Positions 35,884 through 46,620 of a DNA stretch of 64,000 nucleotides are shown here, piece by piece. The DNA lies in the IMG/VR virus record IMGVR_UViG_3300027971_000002. One strand, written 5' to 3'. Position 1 is the first letter of the stretch. Each line of letters begins with the position of its first letter. This stretch comes from an uncultured virus (IMG/VR IMGVR_UViG_3300027971_000002) (taxonomy: Duplodnaviria > Heunggongvirae > Uroviricota > Caudoviricetes). The position numbers and the translations under genes are program-made. The notes under the pieces were generated by a model. The model ran no database searches. It saw only the letters and a program-made list of their open reading frames with translations, and was not told the DNA's origin.

Positions 35884-36201
35884 TTAATAAACCTCTATTT
35901 TTCCAAATCTAATAATGAACTCTCTAAACGCATCTGTAGATTCTTGAGCTTTGTCAGCTTCTTCTTTAGTTGCTTTTTTAGAAATTTCTAACGGATAAGC
36001 GCCACCATTAGTATTAATTCGGGCGTTTACAAATCGAGAGTGCTTGCAACTACTTCGTCCATTAAACCCTGGGCACGAGCAGATTAAGTCTCCGTCTAAA
36101 GTACTGCTTACTTCATAGATTGCAGGGCTCGGACTCATAGACTGGCTCAAGAAAACTTGTATAAGTTTTGTTTCTTGGGCTTGCATGTTCTTCTTCCTCA
36201 T
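35884..36201 (-). CDS. SWIM zinc-finger protein
   Basis: YEV......L.CSCPGF.....CKH; start at the ATGA overlap 36201. Confidence 0.75.
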   Translation of the reverse strand: MRKKNMQAQETKLIQVFLSQSMSPSPAIYEVSSTLDGDLICSCPGFNGRSSCKHSRFVNARINTNGGAYPLEISKKATKEEADKAQESTDAFREFIIRFGKIEVY

Positions 36202-36887
36202 TTCCGTAAATCCCCTTTTGGAGATTTTAGTGCAATAGGCACAAAAGCTTCTCGGGCAAAGCTCTCTGTAGCAGGACCATAAACGGCTCCCCAAGCCTCT
36301 AAAGGTATGTTTGAGGTAACGATAGTCGGTAGGCCGTTATTAAACCGAGTTCTAAGGACGTGGTGAAGCATTGTTTTTTGCCAACCAGACCCAGACATAT
36401 GTTCCTTGCCTACGTCGTCAATAACCAGCACTCGGATGTTGTAGGCATCGTCTACGGACTCCCCAAGGATTCCAGCAAATAAAGACTGCTCTTCATCTGT
36501 AGGGTCTTCCATAAGTGCGCCTCTCAAATCAAGTAAGGCGCTAAAAGTTAAAAAGTAACAGGGACGAACAAGTGTCTTGTTTTCCTCAGGAGAAAAAGCC
36601 TCGTAAGGAAACCGTCGAAGAATGTCCTGCAAAATTACCAAAGCCAAAGTTGTCTTGCCGTGCCCCGGCTCTCCGTAAAGCATGAGGCCCTGACCACAAC
36701 TTGTCTGACCTTTAGATTTAATTACTTTGCCGGCCTCAACTGTAGCGACCCACTCTTTAATTATCTCAACATCAGATGAGATAACCCCAGTGCAATCTTT
36801 AAACTCCCAACCCTGACGGTTGTAAGGAATTGCTGCAATCTTCACCCATGAACGGCGTCGAAGTTTTAACTCGTCTACGTTAAACAT
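36198..36887 (-). CDS. DnaC/IstB-like helicase loader ATPase
   Basis: GL.LYGEPGHGKT, LVIDDVGKE, R......TIVTSN. Confidence 0.85.
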   Translation of the reverse strand: MFNVDELKLRRRSWVKIAAIPYNRQGWEFKDCTGVISSDVEIIKEWVATVEAGKVIKSKGQTSCGQGLMLYGEPGHGKTTLALVILQDILRRFPYEAFSPEENKTLVRPCYFLTFSALLDLRGALMEDPTDEEQSLFAGILGESVDDAYNIRVLVIDDVGKEHMSGSGWQKTMLHHVLRTRFNNGLPTIVTSNIPLEAWGAVYGPATESFAREAFVPIALKSPKGDLRK

Positions 36888-37740
36888 TTCCCCTCAATCT
36901 AGCAAGCGCCTTTTCTTTAAGACGAAGCTCTTCATCGCTTTCTTCTGTGGAAATCATAGAACTCTTTGCCTGCAAAACGTAACTTGGAAATCTAGTAACA
37001 AACAACTTCCAAAGATGTTCTGCGTCATCGTACTTTTCAAAATCAATACTACTGAAAAACAAATCTAAAATAGCAAGTTCTACAGCGCCATTAGTATCGT
37101 GCTTTTTTCTAAGTGACGCAAGAGCTGGGATAAAACGGCTGTTAGTAACCGACCACGGCTTAATGCTCCAAACGCGGTAGATGCGGTCAGCAAACTCGTA
37201 ACCAACATCTGTGCACGTCCACTTATCGGCAGGAACGGAATGACGGCTCAAACGCTTTTTATGGTTCTTGGCTTTAGCCTCTTCGTACTCAGCCTTCTTA
37301 GAGTCCTGAGTCTTCTGACGAGCCTTAAGAACTTCATCGTCGTCAATCGACGATTGCTTTTCAAAAAATTCATAGCCCATGCTATCCACCTCAATGTTAA
37401 TCGTTTGGAACTCTTCCACCGACTCCGTCGGTGTATCTGGTTTACTTATAAGCGAATTAGCAAATACAGAGTTATTGCTATTCTGCACTACAAGGGGTAA
37501 CGATAGTTCGGCTGTCAGACGGTCTGAACCCAAGACAGTCAGATAGTTCTTCTTAACAATACTAGCCCCAATTTTCTGGGTCTTCAGCTCAATGTAGCCG
37601 AGCTCTCGCAACTCTTTTAGTGCCTTGAGTGCGGAATGTCGCCCAATTTGCCAATGGCCCATTACGGACTCGGCAGATATGTTTAGTCCAGCGTTAGCCT
37701 TTACAAGTATGGCTAAAGCAAGTGGCGACAAAGGAATCAA
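36880..37740 (-). CDS. probable replication initiator (N-terminal winged HTH)
   Basis: GR.S...ALKEL...GYI motif; directly upstream of the DnaC-like loader. Confidence 0.6.
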   Translation of the reverse strand: MIPLSPLALAILVKANAGLNISAESVMGHWQIGRHSALKALKELRELGYIELKTQKIGASIVKKNYLTVLGSDRLTAELSLPLVVQNSNNSVFANSLISKPDTPTESVEEFQTINIEVDSMGYEFFEKQSSIDDDEVLKARQKTQDSKKAEYEEAKAKNHKKRLSRHSVPADKWTCTDVGYEFADRIYRVWSIKPWSVTNSRFIPALASLRKKHDTNGAVELAILDLFFSSIDFEKYDDAEHLWKLFVTRFPSYVLQAKSSMISTEESDEELRLKEKALARLRGNV

Positions 37741-38406
37741 TTACTTGTTCTGTTCCATGTCTTCGGTTAACGCGTTTAACTTTTTAGCTAAACGTTCAAC
37801 AATTAAATTAACAAAACTGTCAATAGCAACGTAGATGTCGTCTACCGCATCCTCGTATTCTTCTTCTTCCTCCTCCTCTTCAACCTCTTCGTCTTCTGGC
37901 TCTTCGTAATCTTCTTCCTCTTCTACAACTGGAGTCTTTTCCGTAGAGGCCTCATTAGCGGGCATTACAGGTGTAGAGGAGCGCTTAATCTCATCCGCTG
38001 GGGTTATCTTAGACAACCCATCGCAAAGGTCGTAAGAAGCCAAGCCATAGGTTTTACAGACAGCAAGGGCGTCTGCACAATCTGGGTCCTCATCGCTCCA
38101 AAGGATAAAAACCTCTGACTCTTTAAATGCTTTAATAGAGTCATCTATAGGGGTTGTAGTCTCAACCATAGTTGCGTGAGAGATGCTGTCTAAAAAAGCA
38201 CCAGCGTTTGCGTAAACAATTACATCAATCTTTTGTTGTTTAGCTTGCTGCGCGGCCCATACCTGACCCTGACTAGGTTTTGAAGTAAATGAAAGAACTA
38301 GGGCTTTTGGGTCGCCGTTTGCGTAGTAATGGTCGGACATCAGGGCTTCAACATTTGCTCTGCTCGTCGCGCCACTACCTGTCAGTAATACTGTGTAATC
38401 TGCCAT
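37741..38406 (-). CDS. hypothetical protein with a long acidic tract
   Basis: 221 aa, E/D-rich stretch near the C-terminus. Confidence 0.75.
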   Translation of the reverse strand: MADYTVLLTGSGATSRANVEALMSDHYYANGDPKALVLSFTSKPSQGQVWAAQQAKQQKIDVIVYANAGAFLDSISHATMVETTTPIDDSIKAFKESEVFILWSDEDPDCADALAVCKTYGLASYDLCDGLSKITPADEIKRSSTPVMPANEASTEKTPVVEEEEDYEEPEDEEVEEEEEEEEYEDAVDDIYVAIDSFVNLIVERLAKKLNALTEDMEQNK

Positions 38407-38450
38407 GTGGACTCCTTAAGACGGTGGAGTCGCAGACTATACCCGAAGTT

Positions 38451-38711
38451 CTACTCTGGTCTAGTTGGGCGTATTACGGCTGGTTTAAAGGTTGTCATTC
38501 GGTCTGCAGCAACTGTAATAAAAAGGGACAAAAACGCGGAAGATACCGTTAATGCCACAAACAGTCCTATTTTGGACACACCAAGTAACGCAAGCCCACC
38601 AGCTGAAAATATTAAAGACGCCAAAGCTTTAAACATCTTTAACTCTACTACCTGGTCAATTACGGCCAAGAAAAACGCAGAAAAACAAGCAGCAACAATA
38701 AATTCAAACAT
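38451..38711 (-). CDS. small membrane protein (holin candidate)
   Basis: Two to three hydrophobic helices, basic C-terminus, at the end of the tail module. Confidence 0.45.
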   Translation of the reverse strand: MFEFIVAACFSAFFLAVIDQVVELKMFKALASLIFSAGGLALLGVSKIGLFVALTVSSAFLSLFITVAADRMTTFKPAVIRPTRPE

Positions 38712-38723
38712 GCTTATATTCTA

Positions 38724-41069
38724 CTACGGTTTAGCAAATAACAGCTGGAACTGGCTTCCTAAGGTTAAATAGTTAGGTAAATCGTTTATTAGACGGCCTT
38801 GAATAGTCCCACGGTTTTTATAGTAATGGCTTCTAGCAGCGTTGGCGTTAGTGTCACCGTTCTCCCAAATTAAGTTTGTTAAAGAGGTAACCCCAGTAGC
38901 CCCGTCAAAATAAGAGTTTACGTAGGCACTGGCTTCAAACAAGGCTTCATCTAAGACTAAGTACAAACTTGTACTTGTTGTTGGGTACTTAACTCTTACA
39001 ATTGCATACGCGGCATTTGCAGGGCTTGTTGAGGTGACGCTTGGTCGAACAAAAGTAGTTAAATTACCAGTAGTAACCGGCGTTCCAAATTGTTCAGTTC
39101 CCATACTCACGGACGGGGCACTGTACAAAGTAATTATGTTGTCAGCTGAGTCATACCACGCAACCGATGCTGTAATTGGATTTGCTGCAGTAGGCGTTGC
39201 GTTAAAGTACTTTGCGTAAACACTAAACGTATACGTTGTGTTTGGGAGAATAGTTGTAACGTTTTCTGATTTTATAACCACACTTCCAGAAGCTGTTGGT
39301 TTTGCAACTAACGTTTCACCAGACAACGCTGTAGGTGCTGGGCTAAGGGAGGACCCCAGTACCAAAGTTCCGTTAGTTATTCCCCATTGGGTGTTTGTAG
39401 TGAAGTTAGGGTTTTTAAGTTCATTAATTCTAGATGCTTTAAAGGTAATTTTAATTAAACGAGAGTCTTCAAAAGTAGTAGCTGAGTTAGCGTTTTCAAA
39501 CATAGCCGCATCAAAGTAAAAAATTTGACCACTTGTTGCGCTAGCAATACTTATTAAAGGTGTAGCAAACGCAGCATTAACGGGAGCAACTGCGCTAACT
39601 GTTGGCCTATTTGCTGTGCCGTTTGCCATTCCAGCAACTGGCAAAGATACTTCTGCGCCAAAAGCACTTGTAGACAAATAATTTCCACCTAAGTCGTGCC
39701 ACTTAATAGCTACTTTAGCGTTTCTTGCAGTTGCTGCAGACACACCAAAAATACTAAAGGTGTAGTTGCCCCCAGCAACTCCAATTGATGCAGGAATACC
39801 GTCAGGTGGCGGTGTGGTTGTGACTCCTTGAGAAGAGCCTGCAGCGGCACTTGCAATTTTAAACTCATAACCATTTGATGAGTAAACTGTTGCGTTTGAT
39901 AAGTTAAACGCTGATGTGGAGAGACCGGTAATTGTTACTTTATCTCCATTTACAAAATTGTTTCCGGTTGTGTAATAGGTTACATAAGTACCGTTTCTAG
40001 ATACACCAATAATGTTTGCAGATTTTACTGGAATCCCGTTTGTTGCTTTAGGGGATGGGTAATATCCACAATCTAAAGTAATAGTTCCTGTAGTTGTTGT
40101 AGTTACTTTTAACAGGTATTTTTGTAAATTAGGAAAACTTGCCGGCAAATCATCGTCACCTCTGTAGGCAATAAGAAGCCCAGACCCACCGGGCGCTCCC
40201 ACTACCCCAGACTGTTGCTGAGCTAAAGTTGCGGTACTAGAAACCCATGCCCCTACGCTTTGTTCAAACGAAGAGTCGTTTATGTCTAACATTAAATTTT
40301 TTCCAAGCGTAGCTTCTAGGTCCCAACCTGTGTAAGACTTTAGGTAGGTTATTAGACCCGAGTATGAGCCTTTATTTTTATAAATTTTTATGGCGTTTCT
40401 TAATAGAACTCTAGACTGCTGTAGTCCAATTTCAGGTTCAAATTTTAAACCAAACTGCTGCATCATAGGCGCGATATATCGACCATCAACGTAAGTTGTA
40501 TCTCCTGAGTACATTAAGTTTGTAGCAAGAGTTTTTTCTAGGTCGTATTCAAAAGCAAAAATACTTAAAAGGCTTCTTAAGTCTTCGTTCTCTCGACTGT
40601 TGGTGTAGTCGTAGATAGTTGTACCGCTAGCGGGGTTTGAAATTACTAGGTCTGTATTACGGTAAACAATAGGGAGGTAACTCCACATTCTGTCAAGTGT
40701 GTTAAAGTTTTTTACCGAAACTCCGTAAGCATTTCCTGCTCTAACCCAATCAGTTACATTTGCAGGTAAAAGAAAAATAGAATAGTAGTAGGTTCTTCCT
40801 TGTTCTAAGTTAGAGTCTTCAAAATACTCTTCAAAACTTACGTTGTCTTTTTCAATAAGAAGTGTACCGTCGTCAGGGTCTACCGGAAATCCGTATTTAT
40901 TTCTTACTAGTCTAAACTTAGTCCAAGCACCCGTTGGAGTATTCCATATTACGTTAATAGTCCCATATGCTTTTGGGACAGTGTAAAACGGGGCAGCACT
41001 GAACTGCACAAGAGCGGCGTTACCGTAACGTACTCCTGTGCCGTAAAAATCAACTCCATAACGACCCAT
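38724..41069 (-). CDS. baseplate wedge / tail protein (P2 gpI-like core with carbohydrate-binding-like domains)
   Basis: LP.VYR, L...L..F, IYK.KGS..G......TGW; two N..F...W jelly-roll-like segments. Confidence 0.7.
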   Translation of the reverse strand: MGRYGVDFYGTGVRYGNAALVQFSAAPFYTVPKAYGTINVIWNTPTGAWTKFRLVRNKYGFPVDPDDGTLLIEKDNVSFEEYFEDSNLEQGRTYYYSIFLLPANVTDWVRAGNAYGVSVKNFNTLDRMWSYLPIVYRNTDLVISNPASGTTIYDYTNSRENEDLRSLLSIFAFEYDLEKTLATNLMYSGDTTYVDGRYIAPMMQQFGLKFEPEIGLQQSRVLLRNAIKIYKNKGSYSGLITYLKSYTGWDLEATLGKNLMLDINDSSFEQSVGAWVSSTATLAQQQSGVVGAPGGSGLLIAYRGDDDLPASFPNLQKYLLKVTTTTTGTITLDCGYYPSPKATNGIPVKSANIIGVSRNGTYVTYYTTGNNFVNGDKVTITGLSTSAFNLSNATVYSSNGYEFKIASAAAGSSQGVTTTPPPDGIPASIGVAGGNYTFSIFGVSAATARNAKVAIKWHDLGGNYLSTSAFGAEVSLPVAGMANGTANRPTVSAVAPVNAAFATPLISIASATSGQIFYFDAAMFENANSATTFEDSRLIKITFKASRINELKNPNFTTNTQWGITNGTLVLGSSLSPAPTALSGETLVAKPTASGSVVIKSENVTTILPNTTYTFSVYAKYFNATPTAANPITASVAWYDSADNIITLYSAPSVSMGTEQFGTPVTTGNLTTFVRPSVTSTSPANAAYAIVRVKYPTTSTSLYLVLDEALFEASAYVNSYFDGATGVTSLTNLIWENGDTNANAARSHYYKNRGTIQGRLINDLPNYLTLGSQFQLLFAKP

Positions 41070-41075
41070 TTTAAA

Positions 41076-41303
41076 TTACCATTTCTCTAACGGACAAGCG
41101 GCAAGTTTTAATTTTGTTTTTACAGCCATAAAACAACCACACTCTTTGCATTGTTTAGTTAGCTTAATTAACTTTGGACATCCGTTACAGATTTCCATAC
41201 GTTTATCTGCTGTATCTTCATCAATGTATTCAGTGTGAGGGTTTAACAGGTCCCAAGGGCGTGTATCTCCCAGTTTGGCTTTGTATTCATCCCATTTACT
41301 CAT
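41076..41303 (-). CDS. Cys-rich small protein (DUF6171-like)
   Basis: R..IC..CP......QCKECGCFM..K..L....CP..KW. Confidence 0.7.
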   Translation of the reverse strand: MSKWDEYKAKLGDTRPWDLLNPHTEYIDEDTADKRMEICNGCPKLIKLTKQCKECGCFMAVKTKLKLAACPLEKW

Positions 41304-41692
41304 TACTCCATCTCCCCAGGGATAATGAAGTCTCCATCAACATAGCGCCAACCTTCTCCAAGTATTTGGTAATGCTTATGAATAGAGGGGTCAATTTTAA
41401 TAATAAAAGGGTCTGACAATAAAACCGCGTAAAGCATTTCATCGCAAGTTAGCTCAGTAATTTGATTGTTTTTTGAAGTAATCTTTACACAAAATGACCC
41501 GTCTGTTGTAGCAACCTCTTTAAAAGAAGTTGCAGTTAATAACGTTTCAGAAAAGAAAGAATCAAAGACTAGACTCTTTACAATTTCTCCGTCTATTACA
41601 CAGACAAGCCAGTCTGAGGTAAGCCCGTTTGGGACACGTTGTGCTTTTATTCCTGGCATTTTCCAGTCAATATCGGCGTAATTTAATTTCAT
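41303..41692 (-). CDS. hypothetical protein
   Basis: VIDGEIV, A.LLS.P, GW.Y.DG.F; lies next to the fibre gene. Confidence 0.7.
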   Translation of the reverse strand: MKLNYADIDWKMPGIKAQRVPNGLTSDWLVCVIDGEIVKSLVFDSFFSETLLTATSFKEVATTDGSFCVKITSKNNQITELTCDEMLYAVLLSDPFIIKIDPSIHKHYQILGEGWRYVDGDFIIPGEME

Positions 41693-41701
41693 ATATTTAT
41701 C

Positions 41702-43693
41702 CTAGCACTCTGTTGGACAGCATCTAGTTCTGACACCGGCTGGGTCATTGTTAGCGTCGCAGTCCCCAACGCCGTAGCATTGAAAGTAATTAGAACTTGC
41801 TGAGTTATAGACATCGTAGTCAGTGCAGCGATATTTTAACCCTTGGCTACAACAGCTTAAGTTTCCGGTACAGGTAGCGCCCGCAGTGGATTGGCAAGAG
41901 GGGTATATTCCAGTGTTGTTATACGAACAAGCAATACTGTAACCAGAACCTGATTGTGTTTGGTTGTTAGTACTTCCGCCGTTGTAAGAACAATTTCCCA
42001 CACCAGCACATTGCGAACTTGTAGTGCAATAATATCGATATGGAGTAGCTACAGGAGCTGCCGCAGAGGCACTTCCGCTTCCTCCAGAGCCAGCGCTGTT
42101 TGATGCGTAAACTGTTATCGTTGAGTCCCCAGCATTGCTTGCTGAAGTACCTGATGTGGAGTTGTACCCATACCCAGAAAAACTGTAGTAATAAGTAAAA
42201 GGCGCGGTTCCACTAGGAGCAGACCAACTAAAATTAGACTGTCCTCCCGAGTAAGACCCAGAAACAAGCCCAGACATACTTCCTGGGGCGATTACAACAG
42301 GCGGCCTTGTAACAGAAGCGCTTCCAGTTCCTCCATCGCCCGCACTATTTGATGCATAAACTGTTATTGTCTGTGAGTCTGCATATACTGAATACGATGT
42401 ACTGCTTGTGCTTGTATACCCATATCCAAGACTGTAGTAATAAGTAAAGGGAGCAGTACCTGTTGGCGGTGACCAGTTAAAAGTAACTAACCCGTTGCTC
42501 CAAGAGCCGGAAACAAGTCCAGACATACTTCCCGGAGGTGTTACTTGAGCCGGTCTTTGCACGTAAGTACTTCCGGTCCCTCCAGAACCTGCGCTATTTG
42601 ATGCGAAAACTGTTATGGGTAACGCATCTGCGGTGAATGATACTGATGTATTGTTTGTGCTGACGTAGTCAGACCCAGTACTATAGTAATAAGTAAAGGG
42701 AGCAGTACCAGTTGGTGCCGACCAATTAAAAGTAATTACTCCGTTGTTCCAGGAACCAGAAACAAGTCCAGACATACTTCCTGGCGGGTTTACTGCTGGA
42801 GGCTCAGCTCCAGTAGTTACGGTGTTAGACGTCATAGTTCCACTACCGTTGCCGTTACTTGCTGTAACAGTTACATAGTAAGAGGTTGAATAACTAGCGC
42901 CAAAACTCCAAGAAGTAACGGAAGTAGGTTGAGAACCGCTAGTAGCTATGTAAGTGTAATCGGACCTGTATAAATTATATTCATAAGACGTTGGAGTAGT
43001 TCCAGCTCCCCATGAACCTGAGTTTGAGGTTACTGTGTTTCCGCTTGCACTAGCTACTGGCGTAGCGCTTCCAATAGGTCCTGAAGGTGCAACATAAATG
43101 TAAGGAGTAGCGGCGTTTGACGCCCCGCTTGCTGCAGCTGAACCATTTGCATTAGATGCAACAACGGTAAAGGTATACGCAGTTCCATTTGTTAACCCAG
43201 CAACAGAGATAGGAGAACTGGAGCTTGAACCAGTTAACCCTCCAGGGCTAGATGTTGCTGTGTACGTAACAGTTTTTCCGCCAGTACCGTTTGCAGTAAA
43301 CCCTACAGAGACTGTGCCAGAAGCTCCAGTAGCAGTAGCAGTACCAATAGTTACGGGTTGCGGAATAGTGGTGGCAAAAACAGAGCCGCTAGTAATAGCA
43401 GGCCCTGTTCCAATAGAGTTTGTGGCGGTTACGTTATACGTGTAACTAGTACTAGAAGACAGCCCAGTAATTGTTAAGGGAGAAGAAGCGCCACTTGCAG
43501 TTAATCCACCTGGACTAGACGTAATTGCGTAGCCTGTTACTGGAAGTCCTCCATCGTGTACAGGCGCTGTGAAGGAGATAGTTGCACTGGCGTTGTTGTA
43601 CGCCCGAGCAGTTCCTACATCAACACCAGATACAGAAGCAGGGGCGTAAGGAACTTCCCTGCTTGAAGAAGAAACAATTCCAGAAATAGCCAT
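41702..43693 (-). CDS. fibronectin type III repeat virion protein with a Cys-rich C-terminus
   Basis: GL...T.YT..V.A.N..G.G FN3 motifs, three tandem ~83 aa repeats, Cys-rich tip. Confidence 0.8.
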   Translation of the reverse strand: MAISGIVSSSSREVPYAPASVSGVDVGTARAYNNASATISFTAPVHDGGLPVTGYAITSSPGGLTASGASSPLTITGLSSSTSYTYNVTATNSIGTGPAITSGSVFATTIPQPVTIGTATATGASGTVSVGFTANGTGGKTVTYTATSSPGGLTGSSSSSPISVAGLTNGTAYTFTVVASNANGSAAASGASNAATPYIYVAPSGPIGSATPVASASGNTVTSNSGSWGAGTTPTSYEYNLYRSDYTYIATSGSQPTSVTSWSFGASYSTSYYVTVTASNGNGSGTMTSNTVTTGAEPPAVNPPGSMSGLVSGSWNNGVITFNWSAPTGTAPFTYYYSTGSDYVSTNNTSVSFTADALPITVFASNSAGSGGTGSTYVQRPAQVTPPGSMSGLVSGSWSNGLVTFNWSPPTGTAPFTYYYSLGYGYTSTSSTSYSVYADSQTITVYASNSAGDGGTGSASVTRPPVVIAPGSMSGLVSGSYSGGQSNFSWSAPSGTAPFTYYYSFSGYGYNSTSGTSASNAGDSTITVYASNSAGSGGSGSASAAAPVATPYRYYCTTSSQCAGVGNCSYNGGSTNNQTQSGSGYSIACSYNNTGIYPSCQSTAGATCTGNLSCCSQGLKYRCTDYDVYNSASSNYFQCYGVGDCDANNDPAGVRTRCCPTEC

Positions 43694-44442
43694 CAGCTTG
43701 TACTCAAGTCTCCAACTAGTACAAATGACTGTGAAGTATTTAGCTTAATAAGTGTTGCAGATGAGTTTGTAGCGCGTAAGAATAGACCAGGCGCCCCAAC
43801 TACAGACGCAGAACCAGCAGCTACAACTTGAACCGTTCCAGCTCCTTTACGAAGAATGTGCAATTGCGCTCCTTGCGGAAACGCTACTGATGAGTTATCT
43901 GGAACAGTAATAGTTACTGCTGATGCACTATCTACAACAATCATTGCATTTTTATCAGTAAGAGCAAGAGTGTAGTTTGCTGTTTTGTTTGAAATAGTTA
44001 GGTCAGCCATAGTAACTCCGCCAGAAAAATTACCTGCGGAGTCAATGTAAGACAGCACAGTTCCCGAAGAGTTTTGCCACTCAAGTAGGTTAGCTGATTG
44101 AGAGGCGGCTCCCTTTAAGATAAGAGGCTTAGTAGTTGCCAACCCAGCAGTAATAATGTTTCCTGTATCACCGGCTTTTTTAATGTATTGAGTGTGAGTA
44201 TCAGAGACAATACCTGTTTCAAGGTTTGCCAAACGAGCAGATACAGTTAAAAACGGGTTAGAGGCGGCATTAAACGTTCCACCAGAAGAAGGTGTTGTAG
44301 AAATATTTGGGTTTATGCCCAAAATAGTTTCAATAGCAATAACCTCATCTTGCAAAAGGTTTGGGTGAGACGCGTCAATAACGTCTACAACGTTTACCTT
44401 TGTAGAGTACGAGGCGATACTGGCTGGGTAGGTTGCTGTCAT
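43693..44442 (-). CDS. tail fibre / collar-like protein
   Basis: N.LQDEV.AIET.LG N-terminus; YTL..TD...IT.P....AF..G C-terminal domain. Confidence 0.65.
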   Translation of the reverse strand: MTATYPASIASYSTKVNVVDVIDASHPNLLQDEVIAIETILGINPNISTTPSSGGTFNAASNPFLTVSARLANLETGIVSDTHTQYIKKAGDTGNIITAGLATTKPLILKGAASQSANLLEWQNSSGTVLSYIDSAGNFSGGVTMADLTISNKTANYTLALTDKNAMIVVDSASAVTITVPDNSSVAFPQGAQLHILRKGAGTVQVVAAGSASVVGAPGLFLRATNSSATLIKLNTSQSFVLVGDLSTS

Positions 44443-44451
44443 GTTTTTTCC

Positions 44452-46620
44452 TTAGCTCGTGATTCCGCCGGAAGCGTTGATAGTGATGGTTCCTTCTTCT
44501 GGTATCTCATTTATAGCGCATACAACGTCTGCAACAGAGAATACTTGCATTCCAACTAGGCGTGCAGTTCCTGAAGCAGCTGTTGAAGCCACTACAGTAT
44601 TTCCAAGCCGTGCATACGTAAATGTGGTTGGGGTAGTGTCTAGTATTTGGTAAGTACCGTTAAAGTTAACATCTAACCCAGAAACAGTTACATACTTTTC
44701 GGCTTGAAACCCGTGATTAGTAGAAGTAGTAATTGTTGCAATTTCACCGCTTAGTTCTTTGTTTGTAATAGTCCATGAAGAAGTAACTGCAGCAGAAACA
44801 ACATCTGTTGCTGTTTTACTATAGGTAAAGGTAGTTGTAGTTGGAACGCTTAAAACGACATAAGTTCCATTAAACGTTGTATCTACATTTGTAATGCTGA
44901 CTGTTTGACCAACCGCTAGACCATGTGCTGACGCAGTTGTAAGGGTAGCAACATTTGAGGTTAAAGCTTTGTTTGTAATTGAAGAAAATTGCTGTGCGTC
45001 ACGTCGACGAAGGACGTTAAATTGCGAGTAGTCAACCCCCGGTACATTTGCAATAATTCTCATCAAATACTGCAGGCTTATGCGGTCTGAAAACAACACG
45101 TTATCAAACGTTAAGATTTCTGCTAAAGCTGCCAAGACCGCGCTTTTAACGTTAAGTTGACGATATTGCGGCAAAACTGTTAAATCTAAAGTAATATCAA
45201 CAGGAACATAAGAAGGAGGAGCAATAGTTAGTGAAGTGTTTGCTGGTGCCTTACCTTGCAAATAAGTTGCAACAATGTTTTTAAGCACGTTGAAAGTATA
45301 AGTAGGAGTTACGTTGTCTACTTCAACTCCGCGGTTTCCAAATAAAGCCATGTATAAGACTACGCTGCTGTACGTCTCAGCTTTTGAGTTTGCTTTTGCA
45401 ACTCCAGAAACCTGTAAAGCTAACGAAGAGTAATCATTTAAAGAAACTGCTCTGTTTAATGACTTAAGGCTAATAGGAGCATTAACTTTAATAGAATCTG
45501 TTGTTTCAGCGCTTGCTCCACCGCCTGCAGCTGCTGGGTTTGTAACGCTAAGACCAGACTCGTTTATGTTTAATAGCTCTGTGATGGAACCAGCAGTAAC
45601 GTTGCCTTCTACGCCCCCACCTACTCTATAAGTAGCTCTAATAACTTTTCCTAAAGGAGGTATTTTTCCACCAATATTGTCGCCAAATTGAATAAAAGAT
45701 ATGTCATCGGCGTCAGTAAATACCGTAAACGCGGGAGCGCTTCCCGGAAAATCAATAAGGTATTGAGTTCGTTCATATGAAACATAATCAACTGTTACAG
45801 CAACTGTAGATTCAATTACTGGGTAGGTTTTTAGTTGGTAAACTTGATTAGCTTCTCCAGTAGAACTATAAGTAACAATTTCTTCGGTAACAGTAACCCC
45901 TTGAGTTGCAAAAACGTCTGCTTGACCAGGTTTAGCTCCACCAAGTCCTGTAATAGTTCCTGTTGTAGCCGCACTAGCCACAGTTGATGAGCCAATTACA
46001 ACCGTTAAAGTAGTTGCGCTAGGTACAGTTAAAACTGTTGCAGTTCCAGTTACGGCCGCAAATGGGGACACAGTATTTGTAAAAGTAACAGACTGACCCA
46101 CATAAAAAATGTGAGCTGCTGAAGTAGTTACGGTTACAGTGCCGCTAGATATAGCTAAATTTGAAATTGTAGAGGTTGTTGTAGAGGCTGGAACCGTAAT
46201 AGTTTCGTCAGTTTCAAATACAACTTGAGATGACACACCGTTAAGGGAGGCTGTAGCGCTAACCTGTGTCAATGCTGGAACCTCAATAGGGGCAGCAGAA
46301 GTGTTACTAAATGTAAGGTTTACGTATGAAGGGCTACTCTGCGTAGGTTGGTAGTCTAGAAGAGCAGCTTGGCGCAAAATACTAGAACGTTTTGTAGCAG
46401 TTGAAATAAACGCTTCATTTGCGCTTCGGTCAATATAATATGACTGCAAGTCTCCCAGATAAGCTTGAAGTTGAATTAACGCATTACCAAAGTCTGTAGA
46501 GTCTTTATAGCTCTTCCACTGAGGAGCATAGGTAGGTACCAGTAGGTATAGGTCATCGCGGATAGACAAAAAGTCTCGTGAGGTGTAATCCACTTGCGGT
46601 ACAAAGTTTTGGTCAGCCAC
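44452..46620 (-). CDS. baseplate wedge subunit (baseplate J / T4 gp6-like)
   Basis: DYT.RDF..I, NEAFI.TA, FETDE, FGD...G..P, YR.GGG..GN, GG...E, RAV...DY. Confidence 0.9.
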   Translation of the reverse strand: MADQNFVPQVDYTSRDFLSIRDDLYLLVPTYAPQWKSYKDSTDFGNALIQLQAYLGDLQSYYIDRSANEAFISTATKRSSILRQAALLDYQPTQSSPSYVNLTFSNTSAAPIEVPALTQVSATASLNGVSSQVVFETDETITVPASTTTSTISNLAISSGTVTVTTSAAHIFYVGQSVTFTNTVSPFAAVTGTATVLTVPSATTLTVVIGSSTVASAATTGTITGLGGAKPGQADVFATQGVTVTEEIVTYSSTGEANQVYQLKTYPVIESTVAVTVDYVSYERTQYLIDFPGSAPAFTVFTDADDISFIQFGDNIGGKIPPLGKVIRATYRVGGGVEGNVTAGSITELLNINESGLSVTNPAAAGGGASAETTDSIKVNAPISLKSLNRAVSLNDYSSLALQVSGVAKANSKAETYSSVVLYMALFGNRGVEVDNVTPTYTFNVLKNIVATYLQGKAPANTSLTIAPPSYVPVDITLDLTVLPQYRQLNVKSAVLAALAEILTFDNVLFSDRISLQYLMRIIANVPGVDYSQFNVLRRRDAQQFSSITNKALTSNVATLTTASAHGLAVGQTVSITNVDTTFNGTYVVLSVPTTTTFTYSKTATDVVSAAVTSSWTITNKELSGEIATITTSTNHGFQAEKYVTVSGLDVNFNGTYQILDTTPTTFTYARLGNTVVASTAASGTARLVGMQVFSVADVVCAINEIPEEGTITINASGGITS

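Noticed and set aside
41702..43693. Diversity-generating retroelement template/variable repeat pair in the fibre repeats
   Set aside because: Repeats are in-frame tandem domains, differences are not adenine-specific, and no reverse transcriptase is in the window
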